Source: a virus | Lineage: Duplodnaviria; Heunggongvirae; Uroviricota; Caudoviricetes | Strand: one strand, 5' to 3' | Virus record (IMG/VR): IMGVR_UViG_2687453449_000004 | Location: 1-20,029 of that record | DNA length: 20,029 bases | Shown here: piece by piece, positions 1 to 8,403 of the stretch | How the letters are laid out: each line of letters begins with the position of its first letter | Numbering within the stretch: the first letter of the stretch is position 1 | The notes under the pieces: model-generated | Databases searched by the model: none | The model's input: only the letters and a program-made list of their open reading frames with translations | Told to the model about the DNA's origin: nothing | Made by a program: the position numbers and the translations under genes

Positions 1-405
1 ATGGATCAGGTCGTTGTTTTTCAAAAGATGTTTGAGCAAGTGAGAAAAGAGCAAAACTTCTCCTGGTTTTATTCAGAATTAAAACATCACCGTATTGCAC
101 ATTACATTTATTATCTGGCTACGGATAACATCAGAATTATTACTCACGATGACACGGTTTTGTTATTAAGAGGAACCAGGAACCTGTTAAAAGTTAGTAC
201 GACCAAGAACCCTGCTAAAATAAAAGAGGCCGCATTGCTTCATATTTGCGGAAAATCTACATTTCGGGAATACTGTTCAACACTAGCAGGCGCGGGCGTT
301 TTCCGTTGGGTTACTGATGTTAATCATAACAAACGCAGTTACTACGCCATTGATAATACGCTTTTATATATTGAAGATGTAGAAAATAATAAACCATTAA
401 TCTAG
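1..405 (+). CDS. ycgX: Hypothetical protein, YcgX-like (host gene flanking iraM)
   Basis: 134-aa ORF in the track, AT-rich, directly upstream of iraM in the same orientation. This matches the ycgX-iraM-icdC order I recall for E. coli K-12. The ORF starts at window position 1, so the true 5' end may lie outside. Confidence 0.5.
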   Translation: MDQVVVFQKMFEQVRKEQNFSWFYSELKHHRIAHYIYYLATDNIRIITHDDTVLLLRGTRNLLKVSTTKNPAKIKEAALLHICGKSTFREYCSTLAGAGVFRWVTDVNHNKRSYYAIDNTLLYIEDVENNKPLI

Positions 406-620
406 CTAAAGTTGGATGCTTAAGAAATGCTTCATAATTCAGTAAGGCATTAGCATAATGGGAATAAAAGTACAGAGACTATCCCTATGGATGATAAATA
501 CTGTCCTTTTATTGCTACCCATAAATAATCACCATGCCAATACTATCAAATTGATATTTGAAATGTGATCACTTGACTTTCTATACGTTATTTTATAACG
601 GTTAATATATTTATAAAAAC

Positions 621-642
621 AACGGGTGTGCCATACGCCCGT
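621..642 (-). terminator. Hairpin (AACGGGTGTG..ACGCCCGTT) followed on the minus strand by a T-rich run; copy 1 of a duplicated about 50-bp module
   Basis: Inverted repeat read directly; T-run (revcomp of ATATTTATAAAAAC) follows the stem on the minus strand. About 50 bp, including flanks, closely resemble the module at 1462-1521. Confidence 0.4.
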
Positions 643-1100
643 TTCAATACTTAACGCACATGTGTTTTGGTTTAGTCATCATCCAGTTATATGTATTTTA
701 GCCAGGAACAGGTTAAACCTTTCCTATATAACTCAAAAATTGAAACCTTATTCTCATGTCATGCTTATATTCATTATTATCGTTATATAAAAAGGCAACC
801 ATAATGTTTAGCAAATTGGCACAAAGTAGCATAAAGGCTATGTTTTAATTACAGGATGTTCAGTCATTTGAATGTATAACATTATAGCTAAACAAATCTA
901 AAACGAAGTGAATAATTTATTGTTTTCACTAAATCTCATTTTGTTTAACATCCATTGAGATTCCTTGCTTTAAATTTTGTTTTATATAAGCAATCGTTTT
1001 AATTAATTTATTTTTTGAAGGGGTAATATACTCATATGCAAAATAAAGAAATGAACATCCAAATGAACTATATTAAATACCGTGGGATAAGACATAACAA

Positions 1101-1424
1101 ATGAAGTGGATAGTAATTGACACGATAATTCAACCTTCATGCGGCATATCTTTTTCAGCCATATGGGGTAATATGAAAATGATCATCTGGTATCAATCTA
1201 CTATATTTCTCCCTCCTGGCAGTATATTTACACCGGTTAAATCTGGAATTATCCTTAAAGATAAAGAATATCCTATTACTATTTATAACATCGCACCATT
1301 CAACAAGGATTTATGGAGTCTACTCAAAAGCAGTCAAGAGTGTCCTCCAGGAGAAAGCAAAATAACAAATAAATGTTTGCATAATAGTTGCATTATAAAA
1401 ATATGCCCATATGGGCTCAAGTAA
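1101..1424 (+). CDS. iraM: Anti-adaptor protein IraM (RssB antagonist)
   Basis: 107-aa ORF beginning MKWIVIDT; length and N-terminus match my recollection of IraM. It sits next to the icd 3' remnant as in K-12. A long AT-rich upstream region (406-1100) is consistent with a heavily regulated gene. Confidence 0.75.
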   Translation: MKWIVIDTIIQPSCGISFSAIWGNMKMIIWYQSTIFLPPGSIFTPVKSGIILKDKEYPITIYNIAPFNKDLWSLLKSSQECPPGESKITNKCLHNSCIIKICPYGLK

Positions 1425-1480
1425 AGGGTTTTATATAAATATGCTCGATATGCTATTAATAATACCTACATAAATAAAAC

Positions 1481-1502
1481 AACGGGCGTGTTATACGCCC
1501 GT
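1481..1502 (-). terminator. Rho-independent terminator of the icd transcript (9-bp stem AACGGGCGT/ACGCCCGTT, 4-nt loop, T-run on minus strand)
   Basis: Perfect 9-bp inverted repeat 1481-1489/1494-1502, followed on the minus strand by GTTTTATTTAT, about 25 bp downstream of the icd-fragment stop codon. Confidence 0.6.
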
Positions 1503-1527
1503 TGCAATATTAAACACATGTAGTGAT

Positions 1528-1691
1528 TACATGTTCTTGATGATCGCATCACCAAATTCTGAACATTTCAGCAGTTTAGCGCCTTCCATCAGACGCTCGA
1601 AGTCATAGGTTACGGTCTTCGCATTGATTGCGCCTTCCATACCTTTAACAATCAGGTCTGCGGCTTCAGTCCAGCCCATATGGCGTAACAT
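1528..1691 (-). pseudogene. icdC: icd 3'-terminal fragment (icdC-like), marking the attachment-site junction of the prophage
   Basis: Minus-strand translation [54 protein letters not shown] matches the C-terminus of isocitrate dehydrogenase as I recall it. Homology stops abruptly at about 1691 and the upstream sequence is unrelated and AT-rich. Too short to appear in the ORF track. Confidence 0.85.
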
Positions 1692-1832
1692 TAGATTTAG
1701 AAAATTATTATATCCAATTGAATTAAAACAATTTTATACTTAACGAACATCTAAACTTGTTTTTTTACCTTCACCATAACTCGCTGATTTTGTATAGTTT
1801 ACGTAGCGTTTTGATAACCACTTTATGGCAAA

Positions 1833-2162
1833 ATGGAGGTTCGCTTGAAAACTTCTGTTCTTATCCAGAAATTAATGGAAATTGACAAAACTGTACTATT
1901 CGATGCGGACGTAGTGACCGGTGAGGAATGGTGGCCAACCCCGATTTCTCGTGTTTATCACAATCCGCCACATACTTATGTAGAATTTTAAACAGGTGAA
2001 CAATCTCAAAATGAATCTGACGAGCTAAGTGTTTATAGCGAATTACAAATTTGTGCACATCGAATGATGCAAATTAGAGATTTTGTGCAATCTAACGAGG
2101 GACTGAAACCTGAAAAAATTGTTTCGGAAATAAACATTCAAATTGAACGTATTAAAAAGTGA
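1833..2162 (+). pseudogene. Hypothetical ORF interrupted by one in-frame TAA (1989-1991)
   Basis: Single reading frame gives MEVRLKTSVLIQKLMEIDKTVLFDADVVTGEEWWPTPISRVYHNPPHTYVEF*TGEQSQNESDELSVYSELQICAHRMMQIRDFVQSNEGLKPEKIVSEINIQIERIKK*. Both halves look protein-like and the frame is maintained across the stop. Confidence 0.3.
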
Positions 2163-2227
2163 TGGCTGAAGCAATTCTGAAACACTAATTCATATTCTAT
2201 GTTATTCATACCAATGTGGATTTAACT

Positions 2228-2261
2228 CCCACCAACCCACCAACCCACCAACCCACCAACC
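2228..2261. repeat. Tandem octanucleotide repeat (CCCACCAA)x4 plus CC
   Basis: Read directly: cccaccaacccaccaacccaccaacccaccaacc, about 260 bp upstream of the restriction gene start. Confidence 0.9.
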
Positions 2262-2517
2262 ATGATTGGGCGGCGCAAGAAACTAATATCAATTAAAACA
2301 GCAAGTTATCAGTCTAAACAGAACACCAACGGGATGGAGGAGAGACAAAAAATATCCAATGAAACCGTAGCGCGTCAGCATTCAAAAGCGGGGTTTCTTA
2401 TTTTTACTTCACCAGTAACAAATACACTGTATCATAACTACATAAAAATGATTGTTCTGACTCAGATGAATTTCTTACTCTTGTAGAATGTCACTTAATG
2501 TTATTTATAGGTAAACA

Positions 2518-4407
2518 ATGAAATCCGAAACGCTAACCATCCAGCAAATTTTCCAAAATCAACGACAATATCGTGTTCCATTCTATCAACGTGCCTACGT
2601 ATGGACGCAACGAAACCAATGGTCAGCTTTGCTGGAGGATATCTTCGAAAAAGCACAGAGCCGACTTTCGGGAACAAAACCAACCCCTCATTTCCTCGGC
2701 GCGGTGGTGCTGGAACCTCAACTCAAAAACAGCTTGTTAGGTGTAGATACCATACATATTATTGACGGCCAGCAACGTTTAACCACTCTTCAATATATTC
2801 TGGCATCCATTCGATTATCATTGCGTGCTACAGGCCTTTCTGAACTGGAAGGGTTAGTATTGACTTGCTTGAAAAATACAAACGAAGCAACGATGAGAAA
2901 TAAAAAGGTAGAATGCTTCAAACTGTGGCCAACTTTTCGAGATCAAACTCATTTTATTCAAAGTCTTAATGTTGATAATATTGACGATCTCCGTAATGTA
3001 TTTTCTGATAGCTTCACGCAACATGGTACGTTACGTAAACATTTCAACCACCCGCCGTCACTAGAGGCATTATGGTTTTTTACTGAAGCCTTTATAAAAT
3101 GGATTAAAATAGAAAACCGCTCACCACAAGAAAATGCTGTAGCACTAATTGAGGCTGTCTTGACGGATCTGAAACTGGTAAGCATATTTCTCGAAGCTGA
3201 AGATGATGCCCAAATAATTTTTGAAACATTAAATGGGCGAGGAGCGGAACTTCATGCAACGGATCTTATTCGCAACTATATCTTTATGTGCGCTGAGCAT
3301 GAAAATATTAATACTATTGAATTATATGAAAATGAGTGGAAGATCTTTGAAGATAAATACTGGTCGGAAAAGCAACGCCGTGGACGTATTAATAAACCAC
3401 GCATGGAGTGGCTTGTACATGCGACATTGCAATCAGAAAGGCAGCGTGAAATTGATCTGTCTCGCCTTTACAATGAGTATCGTGATTATGTAAGTAAGGA
3501 CTTGCCTTCACAACGAGCAGATCTGCAAGTAAAGCGCCTCAAACAATATGCATCACAATATAAAGAATTGGTTGGTGGTTTTGGCACAACCCCAATCTCA
3601 CACTTTGGACATCGCATCGCAGCCTATGATGTGACGACACTCTATCCGCTTGCTTTGTTCATTTCGATAGCTAACATCGCCGATGATGAGAAAGCAGCCA
3701 TGTATAATGATCTTGTCTCCTACGTAGTACGAAGATCCGTATGTGGCCTGACGCCAAAGAATTACAACAATGTATTTATGAATGTATTGCGACACTTGTC
3801 TAAAACGGAAATTTCCAGTATTGAGTTACGTAATATCCTCAATAGCTTAAATGGCGAAGCCTCACGTTGGCCTGGGGACTCAGAATTTCTCAACGCTTGC
3901 ATCAATGCTCCACTTTATCCTGGCAGGCTCGACGCACCGAAAATGCGCTCAATGTTAACGGAACTTGAAAGAGAACTTTGTCGCCAAGTGAAGACAGAAA
4001 AGCCTGATGTTCCAAATCTTTCTAATCTCGATATCGATCATCTTATGCCTCAAAGTTGGTATTCCTGTTGGCCTCTCGAAAATGGTCATATGGTGACAAA
4101 TTCAGATGCTACGGTAATGAACCAAATTGTTCTGTCTGGAACCGATCTTACCCCTGAACAGCTACTGGTAAGGAAACGGCAACAAGCGATAGCTACGTTG
4201 GGAAATCTAACTTTGCTTAACCTTAGCGTAAACCGTTCCGTTCAGAATGCTGTATTTCTGAAAAAACGTGATGCTCTCATCGTCCACACCAATCTACGAC
4301 TGAACATACCACTTATACTTAAGGATAAATGGGATGAGAGTGAAATACTGGAGCGAGGTAAAAAGTTGGGGGAAATTGCATTGAAAGTATGGCCAAAATA
4401 CGATTAA
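2518..4407 (+). CDS. GmrSD-family type IV restriction endonuclease (N-terminal DUF262/ParB-like NTPase domain, C-terminal DUF1524 His-Me finger nuclease domain)
   Basis: 629-aa ORF. N-terminal motifs FYQRAYVW and IIDGQQRLTTLQ (DGQQR signature) and C-terminal DIDHLMPQS ... LGNLTLLNLSVNRSVQN fit the DUF262+DUF1524 fusion architecture. AT-rich relative to the prophage structural genes. Confidence 0.8.
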   Translation: MKSETLTIQQIFQNQRQYRVPFYQRAYVWTQRNQWSALLEDIFEKAQSRLSGTKPTPHFLGAVVLEPQLKNSLLGVDTIHIIDGQQRLTTLQYILASIRLSLRATGLSELEGLVLTCLKNTNEATMRNKKVECFKLWPTFRDQTHFIQSLNVDNIDDLRNVFSDSFTQHGTLRKHFNHPPSLEALWFFTEAFIKWIKIENRSPQENAVALIEAVLTDLKLVSIFLEAEDDAQIIFETLNGRGAELHATDLIRNYIFMCAEHENINTIELYENEWKIFEDKYWSEKQRRGRINKPRMEWLVHATLQSERQREIDLSRLYNEYRDYVSKDLPSQRADLQVKRLKQYASQYKELVGGFGTTPISHFGHRIAAYDVTTLYPLALFISIANIADDEKAAMYNDLVSYVVRRSVCGLTPKNYNNVFMNVLRHLSKTEISSIELRNILNSLNGEASRWPGDSEFLNACINAPLYPGRLDAPKMRSMLTELERELCRQVKTEKPDVPNLSNLDIDHLMPQSWYSCWPLENGHMVTNSDATVMNQIVLSGTDLTPEQLLVRKRQQAIATLGNLTLLNLSVNRSVQNAVFLKKRDALIVHTNLRLNIPLILKDKWDESEILERGKKLGEIALKVWPKYD

Positions 4408-4429
4408 TGCAATTAATAAAATGATTATA

Positions 4430-4453
4430 GCGGCCTTACATTAGTAAGGCCGC
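4430..4453. terminator. Perfect 10-bp stem-loop (GCGGCCTTAC-ATTA-GTAAGGCCGC) between the convergent restriction gene and pin remnant
   Basis: Inverted repeat read directly, 23 bp after the restriction-gene stop codon. Confidence 0.6.
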
Positions 4454-4632
4454 AACTCACTATTAAATCCTTTAATTTGCATCAAGAACAGCACTGTCAG
4501 CCCTAGGCTCTCGGACTTTGTACCGCTTATCTTGTCTTCAAAAATCAGCTCGCATCCTGCACAGTTCAACGCATTACGTTGTAGATCTGTGTTCTGGTCA
4601 TTTATTGATACGCGTACATAGCCAATAAGCAT
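4441..4632 (-). pseudogene. pinE: Pin/Gin/Hin-family serine DNA invertase, N-terminal remnant only (about 41 conserved residues)
   Basis: Minus-strand translation from ATG at 4632: MLIGYVRVSINDQNTDLQRNALNCAGCELIFEDKISGTKSE, the canonical invertase N-terminus including the catalytic Ser. It then diverges (SLGLTVLFLMQIKGFNSELRPY*) and stops. A full invertase would be about 190 aa. Track ORF 4441..4668 includes an upstream extension. Confidence 0.8.
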
Positions 4633-4658
4633 AGTGGATCCCTCTGACAAAAGCAGGA

Positions 4659-4994
4659 ATGATGCCATTTGCTCGTTATTTCTGCATTTTCATAAACGTT
4701 GGTTTGGGAGAAGGTGCTAACTGGGTTATGTTACCTAGAGGAATGATAATTCAGCGTGTTTATCTTGGATTTCCTGTCGGCACCAATGTAAGACACATAA
4801 CTTTCCCCCGGTCGTTTACAACAACGAACTATTCCATCTCAATTAACTGGAATGATATCGGTACTGTAACAACTGAAACACAATCTCCAGCAAATGTGGC
4901 GGTTGTTCATCAAACAAAATCATTAACAGGGGCCAGCATCTGGCAGGCAGGTCCCGGGGGATTTAATGTGGACATTATAGCGGTGGGGTATTGA
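4659..4994 (+). CDS. Tail-fibre C-terminal cassette lacking an N-terminal constant region (StfE-like silent alternative)
   Basis: 111-aa ORF that begins at or inside the pix-like site and ends 1 bp before a tfa gene. No fibre N-terminus and no obvious RBS. Placement matches the silent stf fragment in Din-type inversion systems. Confidence 0.5.
   Translation: MMPFARYFCIFINVGLGEGANWVMLPRGMIIQRVYLGFPVGTNVRHITFPRSFTTTNYSISINWNDIGTVTTETQSPANVAVVHQTKSLTGASIWQAGPGGFNVDIIAVGY
4687..4712. promoter_or_regulatory. pix/cix-like 26-bp invertase crossover site
   Basis: ttttcataaacgttggtttgggagaa; the reverse complement TTCTCCCAAACCAACGTTTATGAAAA has the two-half-site architecture (TTnTCnnAAACC) of Din-family sites. 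It lies about 55 bp from the pin start codon at the edge of the tail-fibre cassette. Confidence 0.6.
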
Positions 4995-4995
4995 T

Positions 4996-5487
4996 ATGTA
5001 CGTATGGAGCGCTAAAGCAAATGGCTTTTTCCCCATATCGGAGAAAGAAAAATTTGAGGCATCAGGTCTGTGGCCTGATGATGGTGTAATAGTCAGTGAG
5101 GAAGAACATAAAAAGTTATTTATGGATATTCCACCAGGAAAACAGATTGGAACACTGAATGGAAAACCAGCACTGATAGATATTCCTCAGCCGACCAAAA
5201 AGGAATTAATAGCTATTGCTGAAGTTAAAAAATCCCAATTACGGGAAAAAGCTGACAGTGAAATATCCTGGCGTCAGGATGCTGTTGATGCTGATATCGC
5301 AACTGATGAAGAAGCTACAACTCTCACCCAATGGAAGAAATACCGTGTGCTGCTGATGCGTGTTGATACGTCAACAGCACCCGATATTGAATGGCCTACG
5401 CCTCCGGCAGTTCAGGCCAGATGGCATCCGGCGCGGTGCTGGTATCTGTTGCCGTCACCGCGTCAATGTAATCCAGCACAGCGTTAA
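4996..5487 (+). CDS. Tail fibre assembly protein (TfaE-like), with an unusual C-terminal extension
   Basis: 163 aa; contains the conserved Tfa C-terminal peptide VDTSTAPDIEWPTPPA, then continues about 25 codons into the antisense of the convergent tfa gene. Confidence 0.7.
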   Translation: MYVWSAKANGFFPISEKEKFEASGLWPDDGVIVSEEEHKKLFMDIPPGKQIGTLNGKPALIDIPQPTKKELIAIAEVKKSQLREKADSEISWRQDAVDADIATDEEATTLTQWKKYRVLLMRVDTSTAPDIEWPTPPAVQARWHPARCWYLLPSPRQCNPAQR

Positions 5488-5998
5488 GGCGGGTTGTTTC
5501 TGCCTGCGTCAGTTTACGTCCGGCCTGCAATTTCAGCTGAATCAGACTGATGGAAGCCATTGCAGTATCAATCAGTGACTGGCGCTGTGCTTCTGCTGCA
5601 TCTACTGCGGCGCTATGCTGTGCTTCGGTATCCGTCACCCATTTCTCACCATCCCATTTATCGTATGGCGTTAACGGGGCGATAGTGGTTGTATTATCAG
5701 GGTAATCACCCGGAGCTGTGATTTCTTTTGATTCTCCTGTTTCGGTGCTAAAGACGATTTCACCGCGATGGTCTGGCACATATTCCCATGAGTTAAAATC
5801 TACAGATCGGCAGATTGCATAACCAGCTTTGTATGTGCCAGGGGCATCTAAACAGGAATATGCAGGGATACCGACACCCACAGCAAGATATTCAGTTGAT
5901 GTGGAAATATATTCCCGTGTTTCGCCATCATAGTTATAGACGGTAATATTCCCCGCCTTTGTAGCAATAAACTCGCTATTTAATACAGCGTTATCCAT
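5396..5998 (-). CDS. Tail fibre assembly protein (TfaP-like)
   Basis: 200 aa, N-terminus [33 protein letters not shown]-terminus TDTSTAPDAIWPELPEA, both typical of the lambda/Mu Tfa family. Start abuts the upstream fibre gene stop (coupled). Confidence 0.8.
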   Translation of the reverse strand: MDNAVLNSEFIATKAGNITVYNYDGETREYISTSTEYLAVGVGIPAYSCLDAPGTYKAGYAICRSVDFNSWEYVPDHRGEIVFSTETGESKEITAPGDYPDNTTTIAPLTPYDKWDGEKWVTDTEAQHSAAVDAAEAQRQSLIDTAMASISLIQLKLQAGRKLTQAETTRLNAVLDYIDAVTATDTSTAPDAIWPELPEA

Positions 5999-6939
5999 TA
6001 TGCAGCCCTCACGATATAGTTAAATGCAATATTCCGTGGACGGGTTTCATTTATCCCATATGCTGTTGTTCTCTGATTCCCGACAAAATATCCATTTGGA
6101 TTAGAAGATACAGAATAATCATCAAAATCAAGTGGGCTATCAGCACCCGGCGTCAGGCTTGCAATATATCCTCTTCCCATAACTTCTGATGCTGGTATTT
6201 CTTTTGTACGATAATCACTGACTCTGAAGAGCTGCCCTTGGTGGGTGTGTGATTCCACTCCTCCATTCTGAAGACTTAGCAAGGCACGTACAGCATCAAT
6301 ACCACGCCCGTCATCCCAGCCCCTAATAAACTCACCACGTAAATCAGGCAATTTATTTGTCGGATATTTAAAAATTACGTAGGTATGCGAAGGGCAGAGT
6401 TTGTTAAGCACACATTCGACGACGGTGTCGCCCCAGATACGCAGCGCGGAATCACAGGGATCGCCACATGTCATCCAGGTGCTGTTGGTGGCGGCTGGCA
6501 TGTTGACCTGCCAGTAATACCGCCATTCCGGCGCATTCACCGCGTCAGTACAGGACGATGAGCAGGTGAACGTGCTTTTGTCGTATCGCGTGATGGTGGC
6601 GTCTGGTCTGCCCAGGGCAGCAAGCTGTGCAAGGTAAAAATCCTCATTGATGCCGCCCGCCAGGTTAACCTTCGCATCCAGTCGTTGCTGACGCTGGCGA
6701 AGGGTCTGTGTTCCTGCGGGAATACATTCATCCGGCAGGCCGCACAGACGCTCCCAGCGATTTATCAGTTCGGTGGTGGTGCGCGGATCCAGCTCCCGCA
6801 TCAGGGCATCCGCACGCTGATGAACGCGGGTTAATGACTGTGCCGCACCGGCAATCGCCGGATCGCTGGCTGACCACGCCGGACCGGGCGGCAGCAGTGC
6901 CGACAACAGACGGATGTAATCATCGTTTGTCACGTCCAT
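5998..6939 (-). CDS. Mu gp48-like (DUF2313/YmfQ-like) tail protein continuous with a tail-fibre C-terminal tip domain
   Basis: 313-aa uninterrupted ORF. N-terminal about 195 aa ([22 protein letters not shown]...) resembles DUF2313 proteins. C-terminal part carries the tail-fibre motif [19 protein letters not shown]. Overlaps the upstream J-like gene by 10 nt. Confidence 0.7.
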   Translation of the reverse strand: MDVTNDDYIRLLSALLPPGPAWSASDPAIAGAAQSLTRVHQRADALMRELDPRTTTELINRWERLCGLPDECIPAGTQTLRQRQQRLDAKVNLAGGINEDFYLAQLAALGRPDATITRYDKSTFTCSSSCTDAVNAPEWRYYWQVNMPAATNSTWMTCGDPCDSALRIWGDTVVECVLNKLCPSHTYVIFKYPTNKLPDLRGEFIRGWDDGRGIDAVRALLSLQNGGVESHTHQGQLFRVSDYRTKEIPASEVMGRGYIASLTPGADSPLDFDDYSVSSNPNGYFVGNQRTTAYGINETRPRNIAFNYIVRAA

Positions 6940-7988
6940 GAAATCGTCCCCAGAACCGCCAGTTCATTTTTTGCAATGGAGATATTTTCCGCCGGTGCAA
7001 GCAACTGATGGCTGTATTCCCCGTTCGCACCGGAAATCGCTTCACTGATACGCGACACCTTCAGTTCTCCCTGCGGATAACCATCACGCAGCAGGAACGA
7101 ACGCAACTCCGCGGTGATGGCAGCCCGTATTTCCGGTGTATCCGGCGTCACACGGATATGAAAATCCACCGTATGCGCCACCGGCCTGAACACATACAAA
7201 TCAGAGCCTGCCACCGGGGCCAGTGGCCCGATATGTTGTCTTGCCGCCGTTTCCGTTGATTCTTCCGGAATGGGATTAATCAGGTCACTGCCGGCAATCA
7301 TCACACCGACAGTTCCCGTTCCCATCCAGTGACGGTATGTCCATGCGCGGGTAATGCCGGGCACTTCTTTAGCCCAGACGACATAGTCCCCGTCAGCCCC
7401 GCCCTGCGGCGTCCAGTAATACCGCTCAATGACGCGGGCGCGCCACGTTTCCAGATCTTCTGTATCAAATCCGCCTGTCAGGGTGTCAGTCACACCGGAA
7501 GACGGCAGACCATTCACCGGCGTGACCAGGATTAATGCCGTACCATCGTCAGCGTTACCGACCGCGCCTGCAGTTGAGCAGGCGATCGGCACGCGCAGGA
7601 CACCACCGGAGCTGGTTGCATCGGCAGTTGCCGTGTACTGAACCAGGTCATCGCGCTGAATCACGCTCCCGGCAGTCACCTTCAGGCCATCGCTGACACC
7701 TTCCCAGCGCATATACCCGCTGGCAGCCGTGGCCCCCTTGCGCGGACACCGTTTCATCGCAGCATGTCGCGCCAGCCAGGACTCATCGCACAGGTCAGGC
7801 AGCATGTTCATTGCCAGATAATCGATGTACCCGTAAACCGTATGCAGCGCCGCCGCATACACCTTTGCCCGCACGTCTTCATCCATGCGCCGGAGCGTGT
7901 CGCTGACGTCCAGCCTGGCGAATAAATCGTTACGGAGCATACTGATATTTTCTGCCAGCGTCGGGCGCTGAAATTCACTGTCCGCCAT
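6930..7988 (-). CDS. Baseplate J-like protein (Mu gp47 / P2 gpJ family; JayE-like)
   Basis: 352-aa ORF, GC-rich, positioned between gp46-like and gp48-like genes as in Mu tail modules. Confidence 0.8.
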   Translation of the reverse strand: MADSEFQRPTLAENISMLRNDLFARLDVSDTLRRMDEDVRAKVYAAALHTVYGYIDYLAMNMLPDLCDESWLARHAAMKRCPRKGATAASGYMRWEGVSDGLKVTAGSVIQRDDLVQYTATADATSSGGVLRVPIACSTAGAVGNADDGTALILVTPVNGLPSSGVTDTLTGGFDTEDLETWRARVIERYYWTPQGGADGDYVVWAKEVPGITRAWTYRHWMGTGTVGVMIAGSDLINPIPEESTETAARQHIGPLAPVAGSDLYVFRPVAHTVDFHIRVTPDTPEIRAAITAELRSFLLRDGYPQGELKVSRISEAISGANGEYSHQLLAPAENISIAKNELAVLGTISWT

Positions 7989-8403
7989 GCGTTATCGCAC
8001 TCCACAGATCATCAAAAGAAATCATTACCGGTCCGTCACGACGCCAGAGAGTGATACTGTTACCCAGTTCATTAATCCCGGTGCGGCGGATATCCAGATC
8101 AATACGGGACACCACGCCGTCATCAATCATCCATTGCAGGCATTCGCGGATATATCCCCTTACCGTCTGCACCAGCTGATTGGTCAATTTGCTGCGCTGA
8201 AGCAGCCACAGTCGGGAGCCGTAACGGTCATTCTGTACCGCAGGCCAGGTATCCCCCCACCATCCCATCGGGACGTCGGCGTTGTCATCAGGCTCCGCCC
8301 GCCGCCAGGTAAACAGGGAAATCACCACGGCGCGGGTCAGCGGATCCAGCGGTGCGCTGGCGCAGGTGCGTTTACCGTTCACCGTCAGCCACAGTTCCAT
8401 CAT
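7975..8403 (-). CDS. Mu gp46-like baseplate protein
   Basis: 142-aa ORF with the motif GSRLWLLQRSKLT that I associate with the phage GP46 family; overlaps neighbours by a few nt (translational coupling). Confidence 0.6.
   Translation of the reverse strand: MMELWLTVNGKRTCASAPLDPLTRAVVISLFTWRRAEPDDNADVPMGWWGDTWPAVQNDRYGSRLWLLQRSKLTNQLVQTVRGYIRECLQWMIDDGVVSRIDLDIRRTGINELGNSITLWRRDGPVMISFDDLWSAITHGGQ

Noticed and set aside
900-1100. PhoP box (TGTTTA-N5-TGTTTA) upstream of iraM
   Set aside because: Only one good half-site (TGTTTA near 943-948) with a poor partner (CATTGA); insufficient to call.
2262-3795. Small ORFs 2262..2486 (+), 2501..2683 (-), 2958..3185 (-), 3233..3493 (+), 3598..3795 (-)
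   Set aside because: No RBS for 2262..2486; the others are inside or antisense to the 629-aa restriction gene, which has clear domain motifs.
5998-6939. Candidate second invertase crossover sites (e.g. TTATCCATTATGCAG near 5991, ATCCATTTGGAT near 6091)
   Set aside because: They share only a few bases with the 4687-4712 site and lack the AAACC..GGTTT core; not convincing by eye.
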